Source: Gemmatimonadota bacterium (GTDB lineage Bacteria; Gemmatimonadota; Gemmatimonadetes; Gemmatimonadales; GWC2-71-9). From it: DNA of 64,000 bases. Position numbers and translations under genes: made by a program. The DNA lies in the NCBI GenBank assembly GCA_036679605.1, contig JAZDCZ010000365.1, positions 52,329 through 116,328 of the forward strand, given 5' to 3'. Below the pieces are notes generated by a model. That model ran no database searches, was not told the origin of the DNA, and was given only the letters and a program-made list of their open reading frames with translations. Shown here piece by piece: positions 10,784 through 18,336 of the stretch (position 1 is its first letter; the number at the start of each line of letters is the position of its first letter).

Positions 10784-10952
10784 CCGTTACACATCGAGCG
10801 CTAACCCGCTACTCAGAGGGATTCATAAGTGAGACTGCAATTGGTATTACCGATTCGGCTGGGACGACCGTATGTTTCAACGCCTTGAGATTGTTGAGAT
10901 TATCGGGGATTACCCTTGCATGATATTCCGATACGCGGCCTGGGGAGAGCAG
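10784..10952 (+). repeat. Repeat family A, copy 1 (most divergent copy)
   Basis: Aligns by eye with 17558-17751, and partly with 13749-13897. Shares 'catcgagcgct.ac.cgctac.cag.gggattca' and 'ccttgagatt.ttgagatt.tcgggg...cttgca.gatattccg...gcggcctg.gga'. Confidence 0.8.
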
Positions 10953-11065
10953 ACCATGAGCACTCCGGATACAATCCTTATCGTTAGACGCCGCTTCAGA
11001 AACCGATATTCTGCGATGATCTTCAGATGCAAGAGCACCGAGCACGTTCTGATTACGTCCCTTCT

Positions 11066-12130
11066 ATGACGATGCCTCGGCTGCTGCGATCGGCCAGGGC
11101 TGCGGCCCTGGTCGTCACGACGATTTCCGGCTGCGCAGATGCTCGTCGCGCACCGAGCACTGCCGAGTCTGTAACCCTCGTCCCCATGGATACGCTGGTT
11201 GCCACCGCCTCCGAGCTACTCGGCGGCGTGTACGACTTGGCGGTATCGCCGGACGGGGATGTTTATGTCGCGGACTATGGCTACAAGCACGTGCTGGTGG
11301 TCGGCCCCGACGGTGCGGTCCGCCGGACGATTGGCAAGCAAGGGTCGGGTCCTGGCGAGTTCGAAATGCCCTACGTCGTCTACGCCGGCGCGGATTCGGT
11401 CCGGGTGTTCGACGCCGCGAGCAATCGGGTGCAGGTGTTCGACCGCGCCGGTGGGCTGGTTCGGAGCTATCGGCTGGACGCACCCGGCCTCGGAGGCGGT
11501 CGTGACTTCCGGGACGACGGTTCGCTCGCCGCCACGATTGGTGGCTTCGACAATGCGATGATCCTGGTGCTCGACGCGGCTGGCACCCGCGTCGGCAACT
11601 TCGGCGAACCAATCATTCCACCGGTGACCTTCTACGACTTCACTGCGCTCAAGTCCGAGATACGGGACGGCCGCGTCCCCGATGCGTTCCGGAATCGGGC
11701 AACACTCGCCTGGGGCCCAGAGCAGTCGCTCTATCTCGTCTTCCTCGCCGAGCCCCAGGTCCGCCGGTACGCCGCCGCCGGAAGGCTTCTGTGGACTCGT
11801 ACACTGGACGAGCCCGTGCTACGCTCGGCCCGAGAGACGTTTATCCGCAAGAACATTGAGGAGCCGAACCCGTCCCGCATACACTCACTCCAGTACGTCA
11901 CCGACGTCGCGGTGGTGGGTGGAGCCTTGTGGCTCCTGCTGAACACCGCCGATGAGGATGACGGGCTGCTGCTCGTGCTCCGTGCCGACGACGGCGCGGT
12001 TCGCCGCCGCGTCACCTTCCCGGGTTTGCCGAACACCGGGTACTTCGCGGTGGACCAGTCACGGCGAAGGCTGTACATAGCGCCGCGCGGTGAAGCGTCG
12101 GTACTGATTTTCGAGTTGCCGAGCTTGTGA
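11066..12130 (+). CDS. NHL-repeat / 6-bladed beta-propeller lipoprotein (paralog 1)
   Basis: Lipobox 'TISGC'. Repeated blade motifs such as 'GSGPGEFEMPYVV' and 'V.V.D..g.l.r'. ATG 11066 preferred over the track start 11027. Confidence 0.72.
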   Translation: MTMPRLLRSARAAALVVTTISGCADARRAPSTAESVTLVPMDTLVATASELLGGVYDLAVSPDGDVYVADYGYKHVLVVGPDGAVRRTIGKQGSGPGEFEMPYVVYAGADSVRVFDAASNRVQVFDRAGGLVRSYRLDAPGLGGGRDFRDDGSLAATIGGFDNAMILVLDAAGTRVGNFGEPIIPPVTFYDFTALKSEIRDGRVPDAFRNRATLAWGPEQSLYLVFLAEPQVRRYAAAGRLLWTRTLDEPVLRSARETFIRKNIEEPNPSRIHSLQYVTDVAVVGGALWLLLNTADEDDGLLLVLRADDGAVRRRVTFPGLPNTGYFAVDQSRRRLYIAPRGEASVLIFELPSL

Positions 12131-12179
12131 TAGCACGGTTGTCCCAGGCAAGTTTGAAATCATCTATTTCATCCACGCG

Positions 12180-12488
12180 GTGAACTGTGCGCACGCCGAG
12201 TTCTACGGTCACCAGAGACTCGCCCATTATCGCGCGACAGGAGAGTTCTTCGACGTGCCTATTGGGGTTGCCATCGATGCGATCGACGAGGTGGCCAAGC
12301 AGTTTGCCATCAACATGGACCTTGCTCGGCCTAAGAAGCGGGGCGGTTGGGGAGACAAGTGGCTCCCCCAGGCTTTCCGGCACGTGGTCAGTCCATGTCC
12401 TCATTGCGGGAAAAAGAACAAAATTCACATGCTTGCGGTGCCGTTTATCCCGAAGTGTGTAAAGTGCCGCAGAAATCTCTCGGGCTGA
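12180..12488 (+). CDS. Hypothetical protein with C-terminal zinc ribbon
   Basis: 102-aa ORF filling the gap between two propeller genes. C-terminus 'CPHCGKKNKIHMLAVPFIPKCVKCRRN' (CxxC-x15-CxxC). Codon third positions are GC-rich like neighbouring genes. Start uncertain. Confidence 0.5.
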   Translation: MNCAHAEFYGHQRLAHYRATGEFFDVPIGVAIDAIDEVAKQFAINMDLARPKKRGGWGDKWLPQAFRHVVSPCPHCGKKNKIHMLAVPFIPKCVKCRRNLSG

Positions 12489-12514
12489 GGACGGATCGCC
12501 TCGTGCCGATAACG

Positions 12515-13723
12515 ATGTGCCAGCTCACGGCGCTGCTAGCATTCGCGGCGATCAGTACATTTGCCTGTGGCCAGGGCGAAGCTCCCGGGCCCTGGCTGGG
12601 CTCAATCGACACGCTGCCATCCGGCACGATCCGGACTGTGAACCCGGCCCAAGGAATCTGGAATCGCAGGACGGCCTGGCGCATCGCAGAGAACCTCAGG
12701 ATTGGATCGCTGGACGGTGGACCCGAGGAGTTTGACCGGATCGTGGATCTGGACGTGGACGATTGGGGCCGCATCTATGTGCTCCTCGACCGCCGTGCCG
12801 AGATCCGTGTATTTGATGAACGAGGAAACTACGTTCGTACCATTGGTCGTCGAGGCGGCGGACCCGGCGAGTTCAGAGCCCCTGTCAGCTTGGACATAGA
12901 CTCGCTTGGTCAGATATGGGTTACGGACCCGATGAACCTTCGGTACACCGTCTTTGACTCAACTGGTACGTTCCGCTTTGGCCGAAGTCGCCACAGCAAG
13001 TTTTCTACTTTTGGAGGGGTTCGCGGTGATAGAGTCGGTGTCGATGGAGCATTGTTCGATGCGGATGTCCACGCTAGCGCGCCTTCCGTCTTTGAGTATC
13101 GCTTCTTCAAGCTCGACACAGCGTTCACGCCCATCGATACCATAATCGTACCCCGGGGCAACCGCACTCCGTCGACCCGTCCACTTCCGTTCCGGCCATA
13201 CAGTCCGAGAGGGCTCTACTCGCTGGATCTTAGAGGATACGTGTGGTACGGTGTTTCCACCACTTATGAGGTTTTTCAGCTCGGTTTTTCCGGTGATACA
13301 GTTCGCTCGGTAGGTCGTGATTTCGAGCCGCAAGTGATAACAGACGCGGAACGTGCGTCGATAGCTGAGGCTAGCCAACGTGGCAACCGGGAGATCGGGA
13401 TTCCCGGTTCTAGGAGTAGTCCGGACATACCTACACACAAGCCCGCAATAGCGCGGATATTCGTTGACTCGCGTGGCTATTTGTGGGTTGTACCGTATGG
13501 CGAAGTAGACGGTGAGACGCACAACCTCGATGTGTTTGATCCAGACGGGAAATATCTGGGTCAAGCAACAGCAGATTTCCCCATTGGTCTTGAGCCCAGC
13601 GGGATGCCGGCTGTGCTAAGAGGAACGCCGATAGTCATCAGAGGTGACAACCTGTATGCGGTGACCTTCGACGATCTCGACGTACCCTTCGTTGTCCGAG
13701 CACGTATTCAAGTACGGAGGTAG
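12515..13723 (+). CDS. NHL-repeat / 6-bladed beta-propeller lipoprotein (paralog 2)
   Basis: Lipobox 'TFACG' after ATG 12515. 'GGGPGEFRAPVSLDID' and related blade motifs. Confidence 0.72.
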   Translation: MCQLTALLAFAAISTFACGQGEAPGPWLGSIDTLPSGTIRTVNPAQGIWNRRTAWRIAENLRIGSLDGGPEEFDRIVDLDVDDWGRIYVLLDRRAEIRVFDERGNYVRTIGRRGGGPGEFRAPVSLDIDSLGQIWVTDPMNLRYTVFDSTGTFRFGRSRHSKFSTFGGVRGDRVGVDGALFDADVHASAPSVFEYRFFKLDTAFTPIDTIIVPRGNRTPSTRPLPFRPYSPRGLYSLDLRGYVWYGVSTTYEVFQLGFSGDTVRSVGRDFEPQVITDAERASIAEASQRGNREIGIPGSRSSPDIPTHKPAIARIFVDSRGYLWVVPYGEVDGETHNLDVFDPDGKYLGQATADFPIGLEPSGMPAVLRGTPIVIRGDNLYAVTFDDLDVPFVVRARIQVRR

Positions 13724-13748
13724 CTTCGTGAGCATGCCTTTTAACCCG

Positions 13749-13897
13749 AAAACTCCGATTGTTATTACGTATCCGCTGTGACGGCTCTATCTTCCAATGC
13801 CTTGGATTGTCGAGATTATCGCTGGGGGAGACTCTTGCCTGATATTCGGGTAGTGCGGCCTGCGGAGATCGTGAACCCGTTACGCGCCGCGCGTAAT
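13749..13897 (+). repeat. Repeat family A, copy 2
   Basis: Near-identical over most positions to 17606-17751 ('aaactccgattgttattacgtatc..ctgtgacggc.ctatcttccaatgcctt...gcggcctgcggagatcg..aacccg'). Confidence 0.85.
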
Positions 13898-13925
13898 ACT
13901 TGATAGAGCTTGAGGGGAGATCGTC

Positions 13926-14603
13926 GTGAAGCCGAAGGAATTGCTGGAAGCACTACAAAGAGTAATTGGTCTCTCAACAGATTCCGCTGTAGCGCGGCTA
14001 ATTGGGCTTACTTCGGGTCGTGTAAGCCAATGGCGTTCTGGCAAGCGCGATTTAAGTGCTCGCCAGGTGGCAAACCTAGTGAAACGAGTAGCTTCATTAG
14101 CCGGAACCGAGCAACTCGGAAACGCTATTCGTCCAATTGTTGAGTTGTACCCTGTAGATTGTGTCGCGTCGAAGCAAGATGCCCGCTGGCTGATTCTCCC
14201 GACGGATAAGCGAAAAAATCCCCGTCGGAACAAGCTACGAAAGCACCTTGAAAAAGCAAAAGGCATCTATTTCTTCTACAACTCAGAAGGGGAAGTGGTA
14301 TATGTAGGTCAGACCCAGAAACGTACTCTGTGGAAAAGAATGAATGAAACATTCAACCGAGAGGCGCAATCACATCAGGCATATGTTGTGCGGCATCCGT
14401 CCACAGGAAGCGCTTTTGTTCCCGCATGGAGTAAGCTGCGCCAGCCCGTCAAGCGAATTGTCTATCTGTATGATATCGCAGCCTATTTTTCAGCCTACGA
14501 GGTAGCGGAGCCACTCATAGACAATCTTGAAGCAATGATAGTACGTGCTTTCTGTAATGACTTGGCAAATGTGAAAATGGAGAAATTCAAATTCAAGCTC
14601 TAA
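13926..14603 (+). CDS. HTH (XRE-like) - GIY-YIG nuclease domain protein
   Basis: N-terminal 'ARLIGLTSGRVSQWRSGKRDLSARQVANL' helix-turn-helix. C-terminal 'KGIYFFYNSEGEVVYVGQTQKRTLWKRMNE' matches GIY-x10-YVG plus the conserved Arg. Two hand-counted 60-nt lines gave 28/60 and 27/60 G+C, against 41/60 in a neighbouring gene. Confidence 0.72.
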   Translation: MKPKELLEALQRVIGLSTDSAVARLIGLTSGRVSQWRSGKRDLSARQVANLVKRVASLAGTEQLGNAIRPIVELYPVDCVASKQDARWLILPTDKRKNPRRNKLRKHLEKAKGIYFFYNSEGEVVYVGQTQKRTLWKRMNETFNREAQSHQAYVVRHPSTGSAFVPAWSKLRQPVKRIVYLYDIAAYFSAYEVAEPLIDNLEAMIVRAFCNDLANVKMEKFKFKL

Positions 14604-14621
14604 CAAAACACTCCAGACCGA

Positions 14622-14694
14622 CGCTCAACACTTTGCCGGTTCTGTGTTCTCGCTGCGCTCCATATTCACACAAGAACGGGCAAACTGTTGAGCG
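14622..14694 (+). other. Long imperfect hairpin (about 26-bp stem, 20-nt loop) downstream of the GIY-YIG gene
   Basis: Left arm cgctcaacactttgccggttctgtgt (14622-14647) pairs with right arm acacaagaacgggcaaactgttgagcg (14668-14694), with two mismatches and one bulge. No T-run follows. Confidence 0.6.
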
Positions 14695-14780
14695 CGGCTG
14701 AGCGTAGTCGTTATACAACCCGACCACCGTCTTTGTGCTAGACTGCAGGTGGCCTTGAACTCACTATTTGGCGGCGTACC

Positions 14781-15113
14781 TTGAAGTTACCTCACAGTGA
14801 CCGAGCCCAGATTCCATCGGAGAAGTTGCGTGGCTACTTGCTCTCTTCGGAGCATCCGATCGGTAGGTTCAAGGCGCGGTTCTTCCACGCACTTGGCTAC
14901 AAAGCGGAGAGTTGGGAGAAACTCGAACGAGACCTCGTCGATGCGGCCCAATCCGCGGAGGCGGAGCTGGTCCCGTCCCCGTATGGCGACAAGTACCTTG
15001 TTGGGTGTACACTTACAGGGCCGGCAGGATTGTCGGCCGGTGTGATCTCAGTGTGGATCCTGGCGCGCAGCCAGGATATTCCGCGCTTTATCACGGCATA
15101 TCCTTCGGAGTGA
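14781..15113 (+). CDS. DUF6883-like protein (putative toxin-antitoxin partner)
   Basis: 'KLRGYLLSSEHPIGRFKARFFHALGY' and the C-terminal 'WILARSQDIPRFITAYP' pattern are typical of DUF6883. Immediately followed by a DUF4926 gene. Confidence 0.6.
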   Translation: MKLPHSDRAQIPSEKLRGYLLSSEHPIGRFKARFFHALGYKAESWEKLERDLVDAAQSAEAELVPSPYGDKYLVGCTLTGPAGLSAGVISVWILARSQDIPRFITAYPSE

Positions 15114-15115
15114 TA

Positions 15116-15349
15116 ATGGACTACAAGACTCTCGATACGGTGGTCCTAGACCGCGATCTTCCAGATCATTCGCTTCGGCGTGGAGACTTAGGTGCGGTGG
15201 TGTACGTCCACGAACCAGATGGGATCGAGGTCGAGTTCGTCACGGCATCGGGAAAGACCGAGGCGCTCGTGACACTCAGCTCCTCGGATGTACGACCTGT
15301 CGCCGAAACCGATCTGGTTTCGGTTCGTTCCTTCCCGAAATCAGCCTAG
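15116..15349 (+). CDS. DUF4926 domain protein
   Basis: 'LDTVVLDRDLPDHSLRRGDLGAVVYVHEPDGIEVEFVTASGKTEALVTLSSSDVRPV' matches the DUF4926 pattern. ATG lies 3 nt after the upstream stop. Confidence 0.7.
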   Translation: MDYKTLDTVVLDRDLPDHSLRRGDLGAVVYVHEPDGIEVEFVTASGKTEALVTLSSSDVRPVAETDLVSVRSFPKSA

Positions 15350-15526
15350 CCGTCACAGACGGGTTGCATAACTCGACTAAGAAGTACCTTGTTGAGACGG
15401 TGCAGTTTCCCTGCGTGCTGCCATAGCCAGTTTTCATCCCCACTCCCGCCGATCCCAGGCAACGCCCGAAGGATACTTCAAGAATGGTTGTGGCGGATTC
15501 CGGAGTGAAATCCAGCCACGCCTATT

Positions 15527-15690
15527 TAAGTGCGGCACTACGATGGTGTCGATTGTGGTGTCGATTATGGTGTCGATTGATACCGGTACATGACGATCTC
15601 AACGAAGCACGATGTGGGCAGATCGCGCGTTCTGTCTAGGAAATGGGCAAGGTGTCGTGATCCGATTGGCCTCGTAGCAGCCTGAGGCGT
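15527..15690 (+). repeat. Repeat family B, copy 1 (att-like; three GGTGTCGATT iterons plus a degenerate tRNA-Ile-like end)
   Basis: Direct repeat of 16524-16694. Most positions are identical by eye, apart from one extra 13-nt iteron unit and a diverged 3' end. Confidence 0.85.
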
Positions 15691-15697
15691 GTCGTTA
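15684..15697 (+). repeat. 14-nt inverted repeat, left copy (GTTAGACGGCACGC)
   Basis: Perfect reverse complement of 16352-16365. Together they flank the DUF5615/DUF433 cassette. Also part of a local 8-bp hairpin, GCGTGTCG-TTAGA-CGGCACGC. Confidence 0.8.
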
Positions 15698-15725
15698 GAC
15701 GGCACGCAAGAGAGCGAGGCGTGGC

Positions 15726-16082
15726 TCAGATGCGTCGCTGACGTACGTGAGTACCATCCACGATACTGATGTGATCGCGCCAAGTCACATCGGACCGCGT
15801 CAGAAGATCTAGAAGCAAACGTGTGATCTCCTCTGCGCTTTTCGGGATGATGCGCAAGAGCAGAACACCGGCAGCCAGTCGGTCAGTGCCACGCACTGCA
15901 AGTTCGCCGAAGTCCCGATCGAAAGTCACAATGAGTCGGTCCTCACGAATCGCTCTTTCGACATGTCTCACATCTGCGGCGCCCGGCTCGGCCTCGGTGG
16001 TCGAATAGACATCGTGCCCTGCGGAACGCAGGGCACGGACGGTATCGAGGGGAATGTTTTCGTCTGCCAGCAACCGCATCAC
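15726..16082 (-). CDS. DUF5615 (PIN-like / Mut7-C-like) putative toxin
   Basis: 'MRLLADENIPLDTVRALRSAGHDV' N-terminus is typical of DUF5615. Overlaps the upstream DUF433 gene by 4 nt. Confidence 0.75.
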   Translation of the reverse strand: MMRLLADENIPLDTVRALRSAGHDVYSTTEAEPGAADVRHVERAIREDRLIVTFDRDFGELAVRGTDRLAAGVLLLRIIPKSAEEITRLLLDLLTRSDVTWRDHISIVDGTHVRQRRI

Positions 16083-16318
16083 GCGGCGCCGGGACGGACC
16101 GGGAGGAGCGTCTGATCGTGAAGCACTTCAGCCGCGTAGGCGAACACTGCACGAAGCGCATCATCGCCCAGCTGGGGGTAGTTCTTTTGGAGCTGTTCCT
16201 GTGACCAGCCTTCAGCCAACAGTCCCAGCACGAAATCGACGGCGAGCCGAGTTCCCTTGATGACGGGCTTGCCACCGACAACAGCGGGGTCGGCATGAAT
16301 GTGCTCAGTCCAAGTCAC
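16079..16318 (-). CDS. DUF433 putative antitoxin
   Basis: 'GGKPVIKGTRLAVDFVLGLLAEGWS' is the DUF433 signature. GTG start lies 5 nt after GGAGGG. Confidence 0.8.
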   Translation of the reverse strand: MTWTEHIHADPAVVGGKPVIKGTRLAVDFVLGLLAEGWSQEQLQKNYPQLGDDALRAVFAYAAEVLHDQTLLPVRPGAA

Positions 16319-16351
16319 CTGTCCCTCCTGGTCCCCTAAGGTACTGCGGGG

Positions 16352-16365
16352 GCGTGCCGTCTAAC
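16352..16365 (+). repeat. 14-nt inverted repeat, right copy (GCGTGCCGTCTAAC)
   Basis: Perfect reverse complement of 15684-15697. Lies 34 nt upstream of the DUF433 start. Confidence 0.8.
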
Positions 16366-16523
16366 AAGCGCTGGCTGCCGGCGCGGTAGGGAGGGAGGTT
16401 GTGCGTATGGAGAGTCTGAGAATACGGACCACCGGTGCGTGACGTGCCGTAGGAGGACGTCGAGGAATTCCTAAGGGTCGATTGGCATACGTGCTCGTGT
16501 AACCATCGTTCCGTACGCCTGTC

Positions 16524-16694
16524 TAAGTGAGTGCACCACGATGGTGTCGATTGTGGTGTCGATTGATACCGTTACATGACGATCTCGGCGAACCACGATG
16601 TGGGCAGATCGCGCGTTCTGTCTAGGAAAGTGGGCAAGGTGTCGTGATCCGATTGGCCTGGTAGCTGCCTGATAAGCGTGAGGTCGGAAGTTCA
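16524..16694 (+). repeat. Repeat family B, copy 2 (two GGTGTCGATT iterons; 3' end identical to tRNA-Ile nt 31-58)
   Basis: Direct repeat of 15527-15690. Ends in 'gcctgataagcgtgaggtcggaagttca', identical to 10577-10604. Confidence 0.85.
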
Positions 16695-16752
16695 CCTGCC
16701 CATCCCCGTCTCACCCCGTGGTGCGCTAACGCGTTAACTCTTCCCTGGCCCA
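16667..16752 (+). repeat. Duplicated 3' 44 nt of tRNA-Ile, split by a 42-nt insert in the T-loop position (candidate distal island boundary)
   Basis: 16667-16694 is identical to 10577-10604 (28 nt) and 16737-16752 to 10605-10620 (16 nt), in the same orientation. The 5' half of the tRNA is missing or garbled, so this is not a functional tRNA. Confidence 0.85.
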
Positions 16753-16888
16753 TGACTTGAAACTGTGATCCCGCTTGGTGTTACGACATTAGGCAGGACT
16801 TCGCGTCGACGAAGCTGACAGCGCGTGTATTCATTGGTAGCACGATCTCGCTGCTTGTATCATACGTACAATGTATGTACATTAGGAA

Positions 16889-17185
16889 GTGGCTGAACTC
16901 CGCTTTGAATGGGACGAACGCAAAGAGACCTCGAACCGGCGCAAGCATGGTATCTCGTTCGACGAGGCGAAGACGGTCTTCGCGGATGACTGCGCGCTCT
17001 TGCTCGACGATCCGGATCACTCTGAGCAAGAAGATCGGTTCGTGTTGCTCGGACTAAGCTCGGCGCTTCGGACCTTGGTTGTCTGCCATTGTTACGGCGA
17101 ACCAGATGAGGTCATTCGGATCATCTCGGCGCGGAAGGCCACACGACCAGAGCGACAGATCTACAATCGCAGGTGGCGCCAATGA
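16889..17185 (+). CDS. brnT: BrnT-family (DUF497) toxin
   Basis: 'FEWDERKETSNRRKHGISFDEA' and 'IRIISARKATRPE' are hallmarks of BrnT. Confidence 0.85.
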   Translation: MAELRFEWDERKETSNRRKHGISFDEAKTVFADDCALLLDDPDHSEQEDRFVLLGLSSALRTLVVCHCYGEPDEVIRIISARKATRPERQIYNRRWRQ

Positions 17186-17409
17186 GAAAAGAGTATGATT
17201 TCACGAAGGCCCGGAAGAACCCGTATGCAAAGCGGCTGAAGAAGTCGGTGACGATCCGTCTTGATACCGACACGGTCGCGTACTTCAAGGATCTGGCGGC
17301 CGAAACGGGCATCGCCTATCAGACCCTGATCAATCTCTACCTTCGCGACTGTGCGGCGTCGCATAAGAAGCTGTCGATGCGTTGGGCGTCCAAGTTCGGT
17401 GCTGCCTAG
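17173..17409 (+). CDS. brnA: BrnA-family antitoxin
   Basis: 'KEYDFTKARKNPYAKRLKKSVTIRLDTDTVAYFK' is the BrnA pattern. Overlaps brnT by 13 nt. Confidence 0.85.
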   Translation: MAPMRKEYDFTKARKNPYAKRLKKSVTIRLDTDTVAYFKDLAAETGIAYQTLINLYLRDCAASHKKLSMRWASKFGAA

Positions 17410-17557
17410 TACCTGTAAGGCCTTCGCTGTCAAGCGGCCGTAGCTAGACAACGCAGACTTTTTTGGTTTCCGTTTTGCGGTTCGTTTTCCAGCAGTGGCG
17501 TTATGGTTTCATTGCCAATGTGGTGCAAGAAAATGCTCTGCACGAAACTCCTCACTC

Positions 17558-17751
17558 GGGTTACCCATCGAGCGCTGACACGCTACCCAGCGGGATTCAG
17601 CGGCAAACTCCGATTGTTATTACGTATCGACTGTGACGGCCCTATCTTCCAATGCCTTGAGATTATTGAGATTGTCGGGGGGAAGACTCTTGCACGATAT
17701 TCCGTTAGGCGGCCTGCGGAGATCGGTAACCCGTCCGGGGAGTCGCGTAAT
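17558..17751 (+). repeat. Repeat family A, copy 3 (longest copy)
   Basis: The 5' part matches copy 1. The 3' 146 nt or so matches copy 2 closely. Confidence 0.85.
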
Positions 17752-17781
17752 GGGTTGGGCGATCACCAATCGAGAATAGCG

Positions 17782-18207
17782 ATGACACATCTGTTATCAA
17801 CGGAAGATAGAGATTTTCAGGCCCAGTTTGAGTCCCGCAAGTCTCCACCTGCGGAGTTCAATCATCGTGCGCACCTGAGACTGCCCTACGCTTACCTGGC
17901 CGAGCACGACACCGAAACAGCTCATCGATTGATGCGCGAAGCGCTGCAACACCTTCTCGAACATAACAGCGTCGATATTTCGAAATGCCATGAAACCATG
18001 ACTCGAGCGTGGATTATGGCAGTACGGCACTTCCTGGAGGGGATTTCAAACTCCGAATCATCTGACTCATTCATTGAGCAGAATCCAACAATGCTCTATG
18101 CGAAAATCATGATGACGCACTACTCACCGGAGGTGCTCCTTTCGGACGAGGCTTGCGCAAGATTCGTTGAGCCAGATCTAGGCCCAATATCGAGATATGG
18201 TGGGTAA
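17782..18207 (+). CDS. Hypothetical all-alpha protein
   Basis: ATG 17782 chosen because the upstream part of the track ORF is the non-coding repeat A3. Contains a conserved-looking 'HETMTRAW' segment; the family name is not recognised. Confidence 0.45.
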   Translation: MTHLLSTEDRDFQAQFESRKSPPAEFNHRAHLRLPYAYLAEHDTETAHRLMREALQHLLEHNSVDISKCHETMTRAWIMAVRHFLEGISNSESSDSFIEQNPTMLYAKIMMTHYSPEVLLSDEACARFVEPDLGPISRYGG

Positions 18208-18336
18208 GTCGCCCAACCAGCCGCTACAATGGACGCCTCAGCCGCTACGCGGTCGCGATTCGCTCCGGGCTGCGGCCTCCGCCGCCACTGAGCCTAGACG
18301 TTGGGCTCCTCGCCCGTGAAAGGAGGGACCAAGAGA

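Noticed and set aside
15684-16365. Integron gene cassette: GTTAGAC and GTCTAAC fit the attC core consensus GTTRRRY / RYYYAAC, and TA cassettes are common in chromosomal integrons.
   Set aside because: Downstream of 16358 there is no imperfect-palindrome attC with a matching GTTRRRY partner within 60-140 nt. No intI-like gene or attI is visible, and only this one pair exists. It is reported only as a flanking inverted repeat.
10634-17459. 12-nt match 'agacaacgcaga' (10634-10645 and 17448-17459) as an alternative island boundary repeat.
   Set aside because: Exact 12-mers are expected by chance many times in a 64-kb window. There is no extended similarity around them.
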